In this document: piece by piece, positions 63,464 through 64,000 of the stretch | Layout: every line of letters begins with the position of its first letter | Numbering within the stretch: the stretch's first letter is position 1 | Assembly (NCBI RefSeq): GCF_006345805.1 | Contig: NC_043001.1 | Span: 77,438,001 to 77,502,000, forward strand | Reading direction: 5' to 3' | Source of the DNA: Octopus sinensis | Taxonomy: Eukaryota | Length of the DNA stretch: 64,000 bases | Notes under the pieces: model-generated | Told to the model about the DNA's origin: nothing | Database searches by the model: none | The model's input: the letters and a program-made list of their open reading frames with translations, nothing else | Program-made: the position numbers and the translations under genes

Positions 63464-64000
63464 CAGGGGTTGGACAAAATAATGGAACCAGCTAGCATGA
63501 TAGCATCATAATTTTGAAATATCTACAAAACCGTCAAAAGCTTATTTATTGTTATGTTTTTTGACTTATTATTAGTGTTGCTTAATATGTTTTGCTAAAA
63601 TTGCTGCTTCTTTTCAGGTATCATCAGAAGAAGGTAATTAAAATGCATTAAAATAACAGATCTATCGGACTTCAAAGAGTTCAAATTGTTGGTGTTCATA
63701 TGGCAGGCGCTAGTGTAATGAAAACAGTCGAAATATTTGATGTATCAAGAAGTACTGTCTTGAAAGTAATGACAGCGTTTGAGAAAGAGGCAAAAATCAC
63801 CTCGTTGAAACAAAAACTCCGGAAGCAAACCAACACTTTTAGATAGGGACCGTCGGACTCTTACGCGAATTTTTAGAAAGGATCAAAAAAGTATAGTTCC
63901 CAAAATTACTGCAGAGCTTAATAACCACCTCGAGAACCCAGTTTCCACTAAAACGGTTCGCCGGGAGCTGCACAAAGTCGGATTTCACGGGATGGCTGCA
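63464..64000 (+). mobile_element. 5' part of a Tc1-type element (runs off window)
   Basis: TA plus TIR CAGGGGTTGGACAAAATAATGGAA. Decayed ORF: DLSDF..QIVGVHMAGASVMKTVEIFDVSRSTV..NHLENPVSTKTVRRELHKVGFHG. Confidence 0.88.

Overview
Eukaryotic, repeat-saturated intergenic or intronic DNA, most likely from an octopus or other coleoid cephalopod. This is inferred from the extreme microsatellite load and from SINE families I recall as octopus-type; no database was used. No intact host protein-coding gene, rRNA, functional tRNA or CRISPR array is supported, and almost all long ORFs in the track are translations of simple repeats. The window is a mosaic of five things. (i) About five tRNA-derived SINE families, labelled here A to E plus a V-domain-like chimera. 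(ii) Decayed Tc1/mariner elements: DD34D mariners, DD37D/maT, a DD34E-type Tc1, a DUF4817-type fragment and MITEs. (iii) LINE remnants: a Tx1/L1 3' end, an RTE RT fragment and an R4-like REL endonuclease. (iv) Two decayed Penelope-like elements (RT plus GIY-YIG). (v) A pogo-type PHD-finger remnant. The most notable signal is not in the ORF track: about 12 type I hammerhead-ribozyme motifs or remnants. These include an intact minimal hammerhead (40137-40171), two with long stem II hairpins (34740-34823 and 35650-35755), a short non-autonomous family with a recurrent A6-to-U core variant that lands in the internal (TA)n tract of SINE A, and a tRNA-headed SINE-like element whose body carries a hammerhead (15963-16254). 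Family labels are my own, and most boundaries of old repeats are approximate (about 10-30 bp).
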